Shown here in pieces: positions 48,748 to 64,000 of a stretch of 64,000 nt of DNA. The position numbers were made by a program, and so were the translations under genes. The notes under the pieces are model-generated. The model did not search any database and was not told where the DNA came from. It was given only the letters and a program-made list of their open reading frames with translations. The stretch lies in assembly GCF_001194135.2 (NCBI RefSeq), contig NC_068998.1, forward strand, positions 10,792,121 to 10,856,120. The letters run 5' to 3'. Each line of letters begins with the position of its first letter. Position 1 is the first letter of the stretch. The stretch comes from Octopus bimaculoides (lineage: Eukaryota).

Positions 48748-50147
48748 CTCTTCACGCTAAACTTCATTATGTATAGAAATTTTTTAAAAAATACATTATA
48801 CTACGTAATGATTTCAACAGTTAGTTCATCTTTTAATTCAAACCTAGGAGTGTCTTTCCATTGGACATTTCTAATACATATTTGCCCTACGCTACTTATT
48901 TGGAGTTTAAATCTCTAATTTCCATACTCATTTATAGAAGGAACATCTGCAATACCCCTTTACTTATATTTTGAGCAAGACACTTTATTTCACGTTGCTC
49001 CAGTTCACTCAGCTGTAGAAATGAGTTGCGACGTCACAGGTGCCAAGCTGTATCGGCCTTTGCTTTTCCCTTGGATAACACTGATGGCAGGGAGAGGGGA
49101 GGCTGGTATGCATGGGCGACTGCTGGCTTTCCATAAACAACCTTGCCCAGACTTGTGCCTGGGAGGGTAACTTTCTAAGTGCAATCCCATGGTCAGTCAT
49201 GACCGAAGGGGGTCTCAGCATATATAAAGTAATGCTTGTAGACACCTCAACATGGCTGTTCCATATGGAACTACATTACTACCATTTTTTTTAACCCCAA
49301 GAGGACACCTCCTCCAGCTGGTTAGTAACACAACCTGTGTCCAATATATTGCAAACAGGGGTGCAAACCCTTAGCATCTAGCAGTGACAGGATCAGTATA
49401 CCAGTCTGGTTTCAGGGTATTTCCCTTCATCAATACTGGACAACCGCCTGCTAGACATGGCAGTTGTTTGTCCCAGCTAGCAACATATAGAAAAACAAAT
49501 GACATTTAGCCACTGATTTTGCAACAAGCAAAGTAGCTTGTTCTAAAATCTCCATAAGAGATTAAGTAGTAACAATAGTGAAAAGTAATGTTTGTTGTCA
49601 CTTCAACATGGCTGCTCAGTACAGAACTACGTTACTGTCATTTTGAAGTGGCAACAAACACTACTTTGCGGTATTGTTACTACTTACACCTCTAATAAAC
49701 ACTTTAGAACTAACTACTCTGCTTATATATNNNNNNNNNNNNNNNNNNNNNNNNNNNNNNNNNNNNNNNNNNNNNNNNNNNNNNNNNNNNNNNNNNNNNN
49801 NNNNNNNNNNNNNNNNNNNNNNNNNNNNNNNNNNNNNNNNNNNNNNNNNNNNNNNNNNNNNNNNNNNNNNNNNNNNNNNNNNNNNNNNNNNNNNNNNNNN
49901 NNNNNNNNNNNNNNNNNNNNNNNNNNNNNNNNNNNNNNNNNNNNNNNNNNNNNNNNNNNNNNNNNNNNNNNNNNNNNNNNNNNNNNNNNNNNNNNNNNNN
50001 NNNNNNNNNNNNNNNNNNNNNNNNNNNNNNNNNNTCCGTTGTCTGTAGTTCATTGTTCTAACGTCCTGTACCCTGATATGCATATATATACACATGTAGA
50101 TGTAAGTATGTACATATATGTGTGTATACATGCATATATATTCTTTG

Positions 50148-50178
<31 letters not shown>

Positions 50179-53100
50179 GCATATATAGTAAACTTTTCAT
50201 GAGACAAAATAGAAACACAACTAAAGAGTTTGTTTTTAAAACAAGACAGCCTAACACAGCTCACATCTCCACAAACTAAACGACTAGTGGAAGTGTTTTA
50301 AATTAAACGCAGCCAGCTAATGAATCATGGCAAATTATGATTTTGGCTTCCAACCATGAAAAATATTACTTAATCTTGGTAATTATTCGGAGCTATGTGA
50401 TCTGAACTACAGAATGGTATTGCTCCGATTGAACAGACCTATGATCAAAAGCATTTCAAACATACTATCTTTCATTTTTTTTCTTTTGTGGTCTTATATA
50501 TCAAAGTCTATATTATGCAAGGTGCAATGCTTCTTTTTTAAGATGGTAGGATGTGATTTCCATGAGATTTGGCAGTTATTTCTAGCTGGTTGAATGTTCA
50601 CATAGAGGGTCTCTTCTGAAGAAAGGACGTGAACCATAAACACATATACTAACACACACATATCTTTTACTTGTTTCAGTCATTAGACTGCAGCCATACT
50701 GAGGCAATGCCTTGAAGGACTTTTAGTCGATTAAATCGACCCAAGTATTTATTATTTTCAAGCCTGGTACTTATTTTATCAGTCGTTTTTTTGTTTTTTT
50801 TTTGCCAAACTTCTAAGTTACACAGACATAAATACAACACCACCAGTTGTCAAGCAGTGATGGGGGCAAACACAGACACAAAGACACACACACACACACA
50901 CCTTCAGTTTCTGTCTACCAAATTCATTCATAAGACTTTAGCTGACCCAAGGCTATAGTAGAAGACCCTTGCCCAAGGTGCCATGCAGTGGGACTGAACC
51001 CAGAACCATGTGGTTGGGAAGTAAGCTTCTTAACACAAAGCCACACCTGCGCCTGTATATGATAGCATCATCATCCTCATTCAATATCTATTTTCTCATG
51101 CTTCTATGGGTTAGACGGAATTTTCTGAGGAAGGAGGCAGATTTTCTACAGTCAAACACCCTTCCCATTACCAATGCTTACCTTTTTCCAAGCAAGGTTA
51201 TATTTCCCATGGACACCATCACAAACAGAAACAACTCACAAAAATAATTTCAAAGAGAAAAAGTAACTACTAGACAAGTGGTGAATGCTTCCAACCAACA
51301 GAAACAAGAATTTCATTGAAATGCCTCAGGAACTAACAATCAAAAAATTCTATAGAAACAAAAAAATTAAGAAGTTTAAGAATATGAAAAAAAAAAAATC
51401 TCGATTTCAATGAAGCACCAAAACAGATTTGATACTGGCATTATTACATTGATAGGAGGATGTCTCGATTTGAAGTCAGATCAAATTCTCTCCTCTTCCT
51501 CCTTCAACACCCAGTTTACTAGATATAAAGGCTCTGTGGGGGATTAAAAAATAAAACAAAGAGTGGAAGATAAGTGAAGGATTTATTGGATCTGGAGAGA
51601 AGACAGGCACCATCTGGTTATATATACCTAGTAAAACACACATAAGTCTAACTGAAGCAAATGATTTTGGATAGATAGGCACTAAGTAACTTCAGGGGAA
51701 AATTAAGGAAAGTGAAATCAGATCAATGAGAGATAAATGCTAACACGAATATTTCATCTTTTGATAATACACTACATTGTTATTTTCTTTCTTTCCTTCT
51801 CTTTTTCTCGGCAAAATGCAGACTTCAGAAGATTGTTAAAATTTTAGTTAGGAAGCATAGAGATGAATATATCAGAAAAGCAGCTGGGAAAACAGCATCA
51901 ATCAATACATACATACATACATACATACACACAAAAAGAGAGAATAAGACAAGGACCCAGTGTTGTGTACTCTTAACAACATAGATAAAAAAAAAATAAT
52001 AAAAACTGTAGTGGAATCTCAATCTGTGTAGCAATAGAGATGTTAAGGTAAAAACTAATGGACTAGAGAAGCTAGTAAGTTATGAACTGACATGTCGAAT
52101 GTCTGAAATGAGTAAAAGAACCACCATCCTCATCATTTCATGTCTGTATTCCATGCTGGAACGGACTGGATGGTTTGACAGGATCCAACAGATCCAAGGG
52201 CTATGTTGAGCCCCAATTTTATGGCTGGATGCTCTTTCTAACACTAACCACTGTATGTACAAACATTTGTACCCACATTTGCATAGGCTCCTTATATACC
52301 AAAAGCACACATGAATTTATTTATACTGACAAATACATATACACAAATATATACACTCACACATGCACACCATATATGTAAAAAAAATAAGGGTATTTAT
52401 ATAACTAAGAACATAATTAAATAAATATGTATATAAAGATTTATAAGTATAGTACAGTAATATTATAGTAATATTTTTTTTAAATAATTAAATAATATAC
52501 AAAGATATTTATATAATCATCATGTCCGTGAGAAGTGAGGTCACCGTGTACATCACAAAACAAGACCCCCAACCTCTATCCCTAGCTGAAGTTGGGGGAG
52601 GAGGTTGTATTGAGAGAGAAGGCTTATGCCAGATGTTGAGAAGCAATAGTATGTCTTGTTGTAGAGACAACACATGGCTACTCCAGCTGGAAAAGGAGAG
52701 AAACGAATGGTGGTGATAAAGTGTCAGGATGTACCTTGAAAATACAGGGTGACGGTGAAGAGGATGGAGACAGTAAAACAAGTGAATGGGATAGGGACAG
52801 CACAAACTCACACACCAATGATTTCCGTCTATAAAATTTCACTCACAAGGAAATGGTCAGCCCAAGGCTACACGAAAAGATGCTTTCCCATGGCGCCAGA
52901 CAATTGAATAAAATCCAGAAGAACATGGTTGCAAAGTAAAATACTTAACTGCATAGTTATGCCTAATTAGTTTACATCCTAATTGTATGCATTTCATCCT
53001 CCAGTTGTGTCATTATAAATTTCATGATTTGACCATATTCCTAGAAAACCACTTGTGCCATGTAAACCGAAAAAGAACCATTAAACCCCCTTTATCGTGT

Positions 53101-53687
53101 TTGTTATATGACCAGTTTTCTGCCACTTGACTAAGTGCTTGTTAAAATTTACACAAGAAATTTGGAAAAGAAAAGGGGAGAGATACTGAAATGCAATGTT
53201 ATTTGCCAGTTCGAATATGCCAGTGGCACGTTCAGACATGTCAGTGCTCCCACTCCGTAAGGTAGTGAAATTTTCCCGCATTTAATGATATCAGGAAACT
53301 GACGATAGTTGAAGAGGAGGTGGTTTTATATCCTGAGATTAAGTAGTGTTACATTGTAGTGTCTATTGTTAATTCTAAAGAGCTCTTCCACTTGACTGTA
53401 AACAGCATTTCAGTAAACTGATATGGTATGGTAATGTTATAGTGAATCAATATGAGTGGATCACTTGAACCATTCACCATCATCAAGCCTTGGGCATTAC
53501 TGTCTTGAGAAGCTAGGATTCATGGGACTGGTTCCCCAGTTTCTACGGTAAATAAGTGACCAAGATCACAATACTCTAAAGCAGTGTTTGTTTGATGTTT
53601 ATTAATCCACTTAAAATTCTTAAAATATATCATACTGCAACACGTGTACAGTATAATGCTTACAGGATGAAAATTAAATGAAGAAAA

Positions 53688-54073
53688 CTCTCTCTTTTAC
53701 TTGTTTCAGTCATTTGACTGTGGCCATGCTGGAGCACCACCTTTAGTCGAGCAAATTGACCCCAGGACTTATTCTTTGGATGCCTAGTACTTATTCTATC
53801 GGTCTCTTTTGCCAAACTGCTAAGTTACGGGGACGTAAACACACCACCATTGGTTGTCAAGCGATGTTGGGGGGACAAACACAGACACACATACATACAT
53901 ATATATACATATATACGACGGGCTTCTTTCAGTTTCCATCTACCAAATCCACTCACAAGGCTTTGGTCGGCCTGAGGCTATAGTAGAAGACACTTGCCCA
54001 AGATGCCACGTTGGGGGACTGAACCCGGAACCGTGTGGTTTGTAAGCGAGCTACTTACCACACAGCCACTCCT
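53688..54073 (-). mobile_element. Full-length octopus tRNA-derived composite SINE
   Basis: Reverse complement of the 38259-38681 family. Confidence 0.85.
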
Positions 54074-56547
54074 GATTTTATTTAATAGATACATGTACAA
54101 ATTAATACACTTGAAGACTATGTTTAATATTTGTCAACCCATAAAAATAAAAAAAAAGAGAACAAAACTATTTTTAACATACTGCTTGTAAATTAACCAA
54201 CTTCAAAAACTGGGTGTGTTTACTCAATACAGAGCACTGTATACTGCATAATATTGCAAAATATTCCCAGATCTCTGGTAATATCGGATTTCTGGAAGCC
54301 AGAAGTAGTTGTGTGTTGTATCAGTTATTAAGCTACTATTGTCTTTTATTCATTACTTTGAATATGTTGACTAACTTGATAAATTGTCTTTTATTGGCTT
54401 CCAGCTTCACACCTCCAACACATTTAACAAATCTACAATTAATTACTCAAACTATCCCAGTTGCTAATTTATTTACCTTAGCTAATTTATTTACTTAACC
54501 TGTTTTAACATTTAAATAGATAAGCCAGGTAAAATGCTGGCTGTATCATTTCCATTATGCTAAAAACATATCTACATTGTTAGATATGTATTCATGGCAT
54601 GCTTTAAATATTGAATATTAACATTTTCTTGAGGTCATACATTTTGGGGGATGGTATGATGAATTAGATCATCCTTACCATTGCATAAGTACAGCTGAAT
54701 CACAGTTTACGAATTTAGTTCATTCCTGAAAGCTGTTCACCACCTATTTTTCCCTATAGGTAATTCAAGTAAAGGCATGACAAATTTGAACAAGGATGGA
54801 CACTGACCAAAAGCTAGATGGCAACTGACTCTCCCACCAATGCACTCAGCTTATTATTAAAAATGACCTTCCAAAAAATATTATACACTCCACTGAACAA
54901 CACACACAGTCATAACATATCTATATCTCTTTTTTTAATCTTTTACTTGTTTCTGTCACTGGACTGTCGCCATACTAGGACATTGCCTTGAAAGGTTAGT
55001 CAAACAAATTGACCCCGGTGCTTATTGTTTTCTTTCTTTTTTTTTTTTTAAGTCTGGTTACAGGGACATAAACAAAACAGCACAAGTTTTGGAGTNNNNN
55101 NNNNNNNNNNNNNNNNNNNNNNNNNNNNNNNNNNNNNNNNNNNNNNNNNNNNNNNNNNNNNNNNNNNNNNNNNNNNNNNNNNNNNNNNNNNNNNNNNNNN
55201 NNNNNNNNNNNNNNNNNNNNNNNNNNNNNNNNNNNNNNNNNNNNNNNNNNNNNNNNNNNNNNNNNNNNNNNNNNNNNNNNNNNNNNNNNNNNNNNNNTAT
55301 ATATATATATATATGTATATGTGTGTGTGCTTGTGTGTCTGTGTTTGTCCCCCTAGCATTGCTTGACAACCGATGCTGGTGTGTTTATGTCCCCGTCACT
55401 TAGCGGTTCAGCAAAAGAGACCGATAGAATAAGTCCCGGGGTCGATTTGCTCGACTAAAGGCGGTGCTCCAGCGGTGCTCCAGCATGGCCGCAGTCAAAT
55501 GATTGAAACAAATAAAAGAGTAAAAGAGTAGTTATCAGAAATGCCACAGACATTCCATGATAACCACCCATCACTAACATAACCGAGACTGCACGACAAA
55601 TTTAGATTGATTCCTCAGGGACAGAAAATACGTCAGCTCTTAAAAGTTGCAGATTTTCACCAAAACAGAAGTGCATCTTAACGTTAAAGTTCACTCATAT
55701 AGTAGTTTCGCCACCACTGCCACTACTACCACCACAACACCATCACTGCTGTTGCTGCAAGCATACATTGGACTGAATCCAAGAATAAGCCATTTGATTG
55801 ATTGACAAACCTTCACTCACCAGCACACTGTAAACATTAACACATTGGAATGTGCTCTTCCTATCGTGACTACAAAGACCGCTTCTCATCTGATCATACA
55901 AATCGTTTACTACCATCCACACCCACTACTGATTGGGTGTGGATGGTGGTGTATATGATTTGTATAATCTATTTGTCTTTCGTCTTCCTCCACTTCTCAT
56001 TATCCCTGTTATGTCTCAACAGTCATTTCTGAAACCTTCCTCAGAAGTAAATCGCTTCCTTTCTTTTTTTCTTTCCCATCCTCACAGACATTAACACTGA
56101 CAAGCAGAAGTAGCCACACTTCAGCTGTTCAATGGGAAAGCCTTGCTCCTATTTCTCACCACTAAATACCGCCAAAAATAAAAACATCTTATAAATAAAC
56201 AGAAAGAATGCAGTTAATTCTAATGACTCCAGTACTTATTTCATTGACCCCAAAATGATGAAAGATGAACTTAATAATAAAGGGATAATAAAGGGATACA
56301 ACAAAATATGGCAAAGTATTTAAAATCTAACATAGTGATACTAATAATGTTTGTTTTTAATATAGGCAAAAAGCCTGAACTTTTGGAGAGAGTGTTAGCT
56401 GAAATTACCAATCCCAGTACTAAGCAGCTACTTTATGAAACCTTGTAAGGATGAAAGACAAAGTTGACCTCAGAAATATAAAGAGCCAGAATGAAACTTC
56501 CAGGTATTTTGTCTGACACTATAATGATTTTGTTAATCTACTTTTGT

Positions 56548-57020
56548 CATCATCATCATCATCATCATCATCGTTTAACGTCCGCTTTCCATGCTAGCAT
56601 GAGTTGGACGATTTGACTGAGGACTGGTGAAACCAGATGGCTGCACCAGGCTCCGCTCTGATTTGGCAAAGTTTCTACAGCTGGATGCCCTTTCTAATGC
56701 CAACCACTCCGAGAGTGTAGTGGGTGGTTTTATGTGCCACCGGCACGAAGGCCAGTCAGGCGGTACTGGCAACGGTCACGCTCAAAATGGTGTATTTTAC
56801 GTGCCACCCGCACAAGAGCCAGTCCAGGGGCACTGGCAACAATCTTGCTCGAAAGTCCTTACACATGCCACGGACATAAATGCCAGAAAGACGACGCTGG
56901 GCACAGGTGCCATCACGATTTCGCTTTCGCTTGCCCCAACAGGTCTTCGCAAGCAGAGTTTCATGTCCAATAAAGGAGACGACGTTGGCATGAGTGCCAG
57001 TCGTCGAATTTAGTTCAATT
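56548..57020 (-). mobile_element. Long copy of the (GAT)n-tailed repeat family
   Basis: Same tail and body as 22484-22760, extended 5' with subrepeats. Confidence 0.8.
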
Positions 57021-58758
57021 TCGATTGTAATTATGATAATTAATAATAGTTTTTAATTTAGGTATAAGGCCATCAATTTCGATGGGAAGAGGTCAGACAA
57101 TACCAGTACTTAACTCATATGCTATTTTATCAACCCTGGAAGGACGAAAGGCAAAGTAGATCCAGGCAGGAATTGAACTCAGAAAGTAAAGAGTCAGACG
57201 ATATACCGCAAAGCATATTGTCCAACGGTAATGCTAATACGATTAATAATAATTGTTTCTAAATACGGACACAGGGCTTGAAATTTGGGGAAAGAGATTA
57301 ATCAATATCATGAACCCCATGACTTGACTGGTACTTTATTTTATTGCTCCCAAGGTGAATGATAAAGTTAACCTCAGCAGGATTTGAACTCAGAATTTAA
57401 AGAATCAGAATGAATATTGCAAAACATTCCTTCAGACGCTCTGAAGATCTCTTTTATTCGTCACAAGAACAATGAATAAGGAACACTACAAAATATAAAA
57501 CTGAGAAGGTTTTAGTGTGTGAAAAATACGAACCAATTAGAAAAAAAATACACAAAGAAATAAAGGTACAATATAAGTGAATCTGTGTGTGACAGTGTAA
57601 GTGCATGTGTACTTAAAGACTATTGTGGAATTCCACGTTTCCCAGATTACAAAGAGCAAGCATGTTAACCCACTTGTGGTCTTGTTTAACAACTACGTAT
57701 TTAAAGCAGGTCTGTTCAGCCACACCAAACACCTACCTCACTCTTACTTAAGGGTTGATATGTGTTTTCCATACTGGCATGGGTCAGATGGGTTGACAAG
57801 ATCCAATAAGGCACAGAGCTATGTCAGACCCCCACTCCCCCAATGTCAGCTATGATGTGGTTTATTATGGCTGGATGTCATTCCTAACACCAACCACTTT
57901 ACAGTGTGTATTGGGTGTTTTTTTTTCTGTGACACCAACATTAGTGAGATTACCAAGTAACTTACAAGACACAGCAAAGAAAGGAAAAAGCCCTCTCACC
58001 TGAATGGAAATGTATTTGAGAGAAGAAGTGGCTTTATGTCAGGCGTTGAAGGCTAAAGCATGACAGAAGGACAAGCACTTGTGTCTTGCTATGGAGAAGA
58101 CATACAGCAACCCTGCATTATACAAAGGTGGGTGAGAGAAATTAGAAGGGAGACAAAGATGGTGGTGAAATGTGTGACTGGTTGAATGAATATCTGCAGA
58201 GGCTGTGAACTTCCAAGTTAGTAAAGGTGCTTCTATGTAGTTAGTTCAATGGTTTAGAACAGTGATCAAAGCTCCCTTAAATCTCACTAGAAAACAATGG
58301 AGGATCGCAATGGCTGAAGTAAACCAAGTATCATACCAACAATAAAAGTGGTGGTGTGACACTTTGCGAATTATAATTCAGTGAACCACAATTCTGAGGT
58401 CAAACTTAGGAGTAAACTCTTTATTCACAGCTGATATAGTAGATATTCATTATATACCAAATACTTCAACATTTTCACTGTCCAAATATCAAGCCTCTAT
58501 CAGTAATAAACAAAACAACATTAATAACAATACAACTACTATTTAGGAAAATAAATAACCGACAATGCTGTCTGACAGGTTCTGTAGGTTCGCCAAGGTT
58601 GTTGTGGTGTGATAACTGCTTTTACTCCATTTAATTTCAAAAAACATATTGACAAAATGTTCCAACGACTTAGAAACACCAACCATAAAAACATTATACC
58701 TTTCAACAATCTTGAGTATGTTGTAAAAATATTAATACATACACACACACACAGATAG

Positions 58759-58814
<56 letters not shown>

Positions 58815-59576
58815 NNNNNNNNNNNNNNNNNNNNNNNNNNNNNNNNNNNNNNNNNNNNNNNNNNNNNNNNNNNNNNNNNNNNNNNNNNNNNNNNNNNNNN
58901 NNNNNNNNNNNNNNNNNNNNNNNNNNNNNNNNNNNNNNNNNNNNNNNNNNNNNNNNNNNNNNNNNNNNNNNNNNNNNNNNNNNNNNNNNNNNNNNNNNNN
59001 NNNNNNNNNNNNNNNNNNNNNNNNNNNNNNNNNNNNNNNNNNNNNNNNNNNNNNNNNNNNNNNNNNNNNNNNNNNNNNNNNNNNNNNNNNNNNNNNNNNN
59101 NNNNNNNNNNNNNNNNNNNNNNNNNNNNNNNNNNNNNNNNNNNNNNNNNNNNNNNNNNNNNNNNNNNNNNNNNNNNNNNNNNNNNNNNNNNNNNNNNNNN
59201 NNNNNNNNNNNNNNNNNNNNNNNNNNNNNNNNNNNNNNNNNNNNNNNNNNNNNNNNNNNNNNNNNNNNNNNNNNNNNNNNNNNNNNNNNNNNNNNNNNNN
59301 NNNNNNNNNNNNNNNNNNNNNNNNNNNNNNNNNNNNNNNNNNNNNNNNNNNNNNNNNNNNNNNNNNNNNNNNNNNNNNNNNNNNNNNNNNNNNNNNNNNN
59401 NNNNNNNNNNNNNNNNNNNNNNNNNNNNNNNNNNNNNNNNNNNNNNNNNNNNNNNNNNNNNNNNNNNNNNNNNNNNNNNNNNNNNNNNNNNNNNNNNNNN
59501 NNNNNNNNNNNNNNNNNNNNNNNNNNNNNNNNNNNNNNNNNNNNNNNNNNNNNNNNNNNNNNNNNNNNNNNNNNNN

Positions 59577-59616
<40 letters not shown>

Positions 59617-60258
59617 AAAATGACCCACACAACAATCAAAGTATGTTTTCTTTGTTGCTATGTGTGTCAGACAATAAAAGGACCCAATAAGTGAAAATAA
59701 ACCCAGTGAACATAGGAAAATGCCTTATGTAAGATGATAACGATGATGTAATCCTTCTCTATGACTGATCACATCAGAGGATAGAAGAGATATTGAAAAG
59801 ACACTCCCAAGGATGTCAAACTGTATTCAAATTTTAGTATGAGGTGATCTGCCACAAACAATGCCTCTGAACTTATATTTAGAATATAAGGTGACTTGCA
59901 AAAACAATGACAAAAAAAATGATAAAATAAAAAAAAGAAGAAAAAAAATCAAATACAACAGACAATCCTCACAGAAAAGTACTTCTTACATATTATAATA
60001 AGAGTGTACATTTTCTCTTTTTATAATTTAAAAAGTTTATTTAACGACTATTCACTATTTACATAAACATGTTCATACATATATAATGAGTCACAGAGAA
60101 ATATACAAGCACACGAAATACTTGCAGATCAGCAGCAGACATTGCTGGTATTTCTTGATAGCATCAGAAAAAATTACATAGCTTATGACCTTATCTTTAA
60201 AGACATGCCGATAAGCAAAAATTTCAAGAAATCATATATATATATATGTATAGTAGTA

Positions 60259-60897
60259 GGCGCAGGCATAGCTGTGTGGTATGAAGCTTGCTTCCCAAAC
60301 ACATGGTTCCGGGTTCGGTCCTACTGCATGGCACCTTGGGCAAGTGTCTTCTACTATAGTTTCGGGCTGGCCAAAGCCTTGAGTCGATTTGGTAGATGGA
60401 AACTGAAAGAAGCCCATCATATAAATATATGTATATATGTTTGTGTCCGTGTTTGTTCCCCCCACCACCACTTGACAACTGATGTTGGTGTGTTTACATC
60501 CCCGTAACTTAGCAGTTTGGCAAAAGAGACTGATAGAATAAGTACTAGGCTTACAAAGAATAGGTCCTGGGGTTGATTCGTCCAACAAAAGGCGGTGCTC
60601 CAGCATGGCCGCAGTCAAATGGCTGAAACCAATAAAAGAATATGTATAACTCCCAACATGGGAACATTTGCAGGTGCAGGCACAGCTATGTGACAAGAAG
60701 TTTGCTTCCCAACCAAATGGTTCTGAGTTCAGTCCCACTGCATGGCACCTTGGGTAAAGGTCTTCTACTATAGCCTCAGGCTGACCAAAGCCTTGTGAGT
60801 GGATCTGGTAGATGAAAATGGAAAGCAGCCTATCATGTGTGTGTGTGTGTATCTTTGTGTCTGTGTTTGTCCCCACCCATCACCACTTAACAAACAG
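60259..60897 (+). mobile_element. Two tandem copies of the tRNA-derived composite SINE (second one truncated)
   Basis: Heads at about 60259 and 60674; same body as 38259-38681. Confidence 0.8.
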
Positions 60898-61066
60898 CAC
60901 CTATTTGTCTGTTCATAATCAATTACATCATCTTACACGTGTTTCAGTAAAGATAATGGTCTAATTACACAATCCAAGTCAGATAAGTTTTCTAGGTCTT
61001 CACTTTGTTAGAGCTTCATAACATATATATATATATATACACTATATATATATTTATACACATGCC

Positions 61067-61101
<35 letters not shown>

Positions 61102-63506
61102 GAGTACACATAGATACTCATAAATATGTAAGGAAATTGATGTACAAATATCCTAAAATACATCCATGGTATTTAAAACCTCAATTAATAACACTTCATT
61201 AAACTCCAATACATTATTACATTGCAGGAAATCCTAGGGGAATAAATTTTCTGTGTTTATAAATTGATCAATAATGAATGTTAATTATGTAATTGTAGAA
61301 AGGATGATTTGCTTCTATTGAAACAGCTGTAGAGCACAATTAAATAATGAATATATGAAATTTATGCCTTTCTGTTTCTATAATCTAGATATTATATATG
61401 AATGTGTGTGTGTGTGTGTACACACACACATATATGCATATTCATATAGATAAAAAGCACATAAAACATGGAAGATTATGAGGAAAGGAGAAAAACAAAA
61501 AAAAAAAAGAGCAAAGTTATTGAAATAAAGCATAGTGGAAAAGTATAGAAATATGTAAGATCATTCTTTGCACATAAAAAAGGCGGTCATATAAAAAGAA
61601 AGATAAATACTCCAATGAAAGGAATAAACAAGGATCTGACTTGTTGGGTTTCTTTTTCTTTATCAAAGAGAAGGAAAAGCGATAAGACATGCAGCAGAAA
61701 AAAAAAAATGTAATAATATGAAACCCATAACATCTGTTTACATTGCAGACTTTGTATAAAAGAGAAATTGGGAAGGTGGGGTAGTATTAGGACAGGAAGT
61801 TGAAACAGAATCCGGGTCATAGTGGGAATATGTAGGAAAGAGAGGACAAATGGGGAAAGAAGGAGAGAAAAGTAAGAGGTAGAGAAAGCAAGGTGGGTAC
61901 TCAAAATATTTGTGCGCATAAGGAAGTTGTAATTAATTAAATGTGTGATGTCATCACTATTGTAGATGTTGAATAGCATGCATCAAATAATATACAGTGA
62001 GACGAGTAAGTGTGGTTCAATGTGGGAGCAGAGAACATGCTGGGTAGAATGTAGTTATGTGAACAATCAAGAAGAGCAACCAAGGTGGAAGATGAGGCGT
62101 TGTTCTTTGTGAAAACAAGGGGCGTCATGGTGAGATGTAATACCATAGACTGAGAAGTGAGAAATAGTGTGGACAGGTGATATGAAATGGCAACTGACAG
62201 GTGATATGGTGGTGTTTAAGCAGGTATCTCATAGATGTTGAGTGATTCAATCCACTAATTTATGGTCAATTCCTCTCATGTACAAAGAGACTATGGAACT
62301 GACATTTAAGAGAGTAAATATTTCAAGTGACATCCACAACAGTACATAGACTTATTACACAGAACATATGCAAAGACATAACCAACAGCATGTATGTGCG
62401 TGAGTGTGTGCATGATTATAAATTATAACAAATTTTCAAATTATATGAACACCATCAAAAACAAATTGGTTAAAAATATCTCGTTGAGATTATCTTAGTT
62501 GTCAGCTGATGATTTAAGGAATACTCAGCCTAAAGCAATGGCTCATAAGGTTTTTAAGGAGAAGCTGTATTACATCAACTATGAGCATAGGATAAGGAAG
62601 AATAAATCTGGGTACATTTTATATAATTCACCATTTAATATGTAAGTGGCAACATCTATAGCAAAAACTTTATTTAATGATAAAACATTTTTCGGCAAAA
62701 ATTAGGTACCATGCAATCTTTAACAAGAAAACTGTCAAATTATTTTATTCCACAGGTTCTAACATTTTTGAATCAATTAAGTTGTATCAGCATGCAACGA
62801 ACAAACTTACAAAACATACCTACATTACAGTCCAAATGGGTATTTCTATATCATTTAGATTCTCTATATTTTAAAGGTGAACTGTGGCATGTGTCTATTT
62901 CTGTACTAGTATAAAAGTACCCTTACATTTGTGTGGAAGAGTACACGAATTGTATGCATTTGTTTCGATATATTCATGAATATATGTATGTGTGTGTGGG
63001 TGGATATGGATATCTCTTAATATAATAATGAGTGTAGTGTTTTTAAAGATTTGTCCAAAATCATGCTGTAGGGATGAAGGGAGAGGAGAGAAAATGGTAA
63101 TTCAGTGAAGGAGAAGTAGTGAGAGTAATAGCCATGGCTGAGAGGGAGTGAGAGAAAGTAATAGCAATGAGAGAGAGGAAATGACAAAGAGAGCATCGTG
63201 TATCTTCTTCTGTAATAATTTACTATAATGATACTCGTGTATTTCTCCATCACAACATATGAATGAGAAAGGAAGGGGTGATCCACCAATGGAAGTGGGA
63301 TGGTTAAAAGTCAACAGCGAAACAAAAATCAAACAGCACTTCAACTCTCTGTGAGTATATGTTTGTGCGTGTAAAAGGGAGGAATGTGAATGCTTGTATG
63401 TGTGTGTTTGTGTAAAATATGTTTATATATTTGAGTGAGTGTATATGGGTTTGTGTATGTTTATTTAGAAAGTTACATAAAAAATAGAATTACAGACATG
63501 CACATT

Positions 63507-63538
<32 letters not shown>

Positions 63539-63765
63539 CATATAAATAGACACACTTCAAAAGGAAGGAAGCGGACTGTGACAAAGTATAGAAAACTGTA
63601 TCCACAACAGGCTGTGCTACTAAATGTATACATATGCACAGAACGCACACACAGTTGAAGCACTGTTTGATTTTTTTTTTTTTACCTTTCTGTACCCTTT
63701 TTATATATAAAATACTACAATTAGCAGTCATTTTTGACAGCACAGGGCCAGCTAGTATATATATA

Positions 63766-64000
63766 TCATCATCATCATCATCGTTTAACGTCCGCTTTCC
63801 ATGCTAGCATGGGTTGGACGATTTGACTGAGGACTGGTGAAACCGGATGGCAACACCAGGCTCCAGTCTGATTTGGCAGAGTTTCTACAGCTGGATGCCC
63901 TTCCTAACGCCAACCACTCAGAGAGTGTAGTGGGTGCTTTTACGTGTCACCCGCACGAAAACGGCCACGCTCGAAATGGTGTCTTTTATGTGCCACCCGC
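63766..64000 (-). mobile_element. (GAT)n-tailed repeat, cut by the window end
   Basis: Near-identical to 22484-22760. Confidence 0.8.

Noticed and set aside
55810-55870. Minus-strand GTGAGT donor after ...CAGTGTGCTG as candidate ADAM10 exon 1
   Set aside because: The required phase-1 frame has a TAA five codons upstream and no ATG.
63102-63344. Hydrophobic ORF MKCCLIFVSLLTF... as ADAM10 signal-peptide exon
   Set aside because: It starts at TTG rather than ATG, has only a weak GTGGAT donor and lies in low-complexity purine-rich sequence.

Overview
AT-rich, repeat-dense animal genomic scaffold with many N gaps; the SINE families and microsatellites point to an octopod cephalopod, probably Octopus (inference). 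Main content: (1) a minus-strand ADAM10/Kuzbanian gene. I reconstructed 17 phase-consistent coding exons (43024->19149, about 826 codons, prodomain to stop); the signal-peptide exon was not found. One intron (25772-27003) is a U12-type AT-AC intron. (2) The first coding exon of a dephospho-CoA kinase (DCAKD-like) on the minus strand at 4866-4977. (3) Two convergent, nearly identical U1 snRNA genes (7607-7769 +, 10485-10647 -) with variant SL1 loops and Sm site and homologous upstream promoter blocks. Between them lies an unidentified GC-rich, self-complementary segment of about 200 nt ending in T6. (4) Transposon relics (Helitron, Gypsy, MULE, mariner, Tc1, MITEs, a LINE ORF1), several long palindromes/foldbacks (two with hammerhead-core-like motifs) and many SINE copies. 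Long ORFs in the supplied track that run through N gaps or (TA)n repeats are artefacts.
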